Assembly: GCA_034670305.1 (NCBI GenBank)
Contig: JAXMNT010000009.1
Coordinates: 128,001-192,000, forward strand
Length of the DNA: 64,000 bases
Direction: 5' to 3'
Origin: Deltaproteobacteria bacterium
Lineage (GTDB): Bacteria > Myxococcota_A > Polyangia > Polyangiales > Houyiibacteriaceae
This document shows, piece by piece, positions 63,749-64,000 of the stretch; positions within the stretch are counted from its first letter, which is position 1, and the number at the start of each line of letters is the position of its first letter. The notes under the pieces were generated by a model, which was not told the origin of the DNA, did no database searches, and saw nothing but the letters and a program-made list of their open reading frames with translations. The translations under genes and the position numbers were made by a program.

Positions 63749-64000
63749 TCAGAACCGGAACTGGGCTTCGAGACGGACTTCGCGCTCGAGGGTGCGGTCG
63801 TCGTCGCGGTCCAGCTGGTCTTCGATGTGCGTCTCTCGGTAGAGCAGCGTGAGCAACCCGATGTTGCGGAACCACCACCAGTGCAGCGCGACGCGGAACT
63901 GGAACTGGTCGAGCGGCTGCTGCAGATCCGGGTTGGTGGTGTCGATGTCCGCGGCGGTCAGCTGGGCGACGTCGGCCGCGAGCACGAGGTGTTTCGGCCA
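63749..64000 (-). CDS. C-terminal end of a probable outer-membrane protein (partial)
   Basis: Open frame runs off the window end; beta-strands with terminal EAQFRF. Confidence 0.5.
   Translation of the reverse strand, partial: WPKHLVLAADVAQLTAADIDTTNPDLQQPLDQFQFRVALHWWWFRNIGLLTLLYRETHIEDQLDRDDDRTLEREVRLEAQFRF

Overview
This is a high-GC chromosomal segment, most likely from a myxobacterium (Myxococcota, probably Polyangiales-like). That assignment is inferred from a MYXO-CTERM sorting signal, eukaryotic-like Ser/Thr kinases, an FHA-DUF4388 protein and many Cys-rich lipoproteins. Housekeeping genes present: a stand-alone ftsA-ftsZ pair, a partial complex I operon (nuoE-F-J-K-L-M-N), rpsB-tsf-pyrH-frr, a second EF-G paralogue, an RlmI-like methyltransferase, clsB, yacG and hisC. 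These are interspersed with surface, lipoprotein and signalling genes. I saw no tRNA, rRNA, CRISPR array, integrase or transposase. The most unusual signals are: (i) a ~232-bp structured dispersed repeat that starts just after a stop codon and ends in a partial copy of its own start (two tandem copies, plus one between pyrH and frr); (ii) a recurrent 3'-end module, seen three times, in which a TAG stop sits in a sequence-variable hairpin followed by a (CCCTTG)n / G-quadruplex-type tract; (iii) EF-Ts fused to an extra ~85-aa N-terminal domain; (iv) NuoL with a ~290-aa C-terminal soluble extension; (v) a structured, uORF-containing leader before the EF-G paralogue; and (vi) many intergenic hexamer microsatellite arrays. 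All product calls come from reading motifs by eye. No database search was run.
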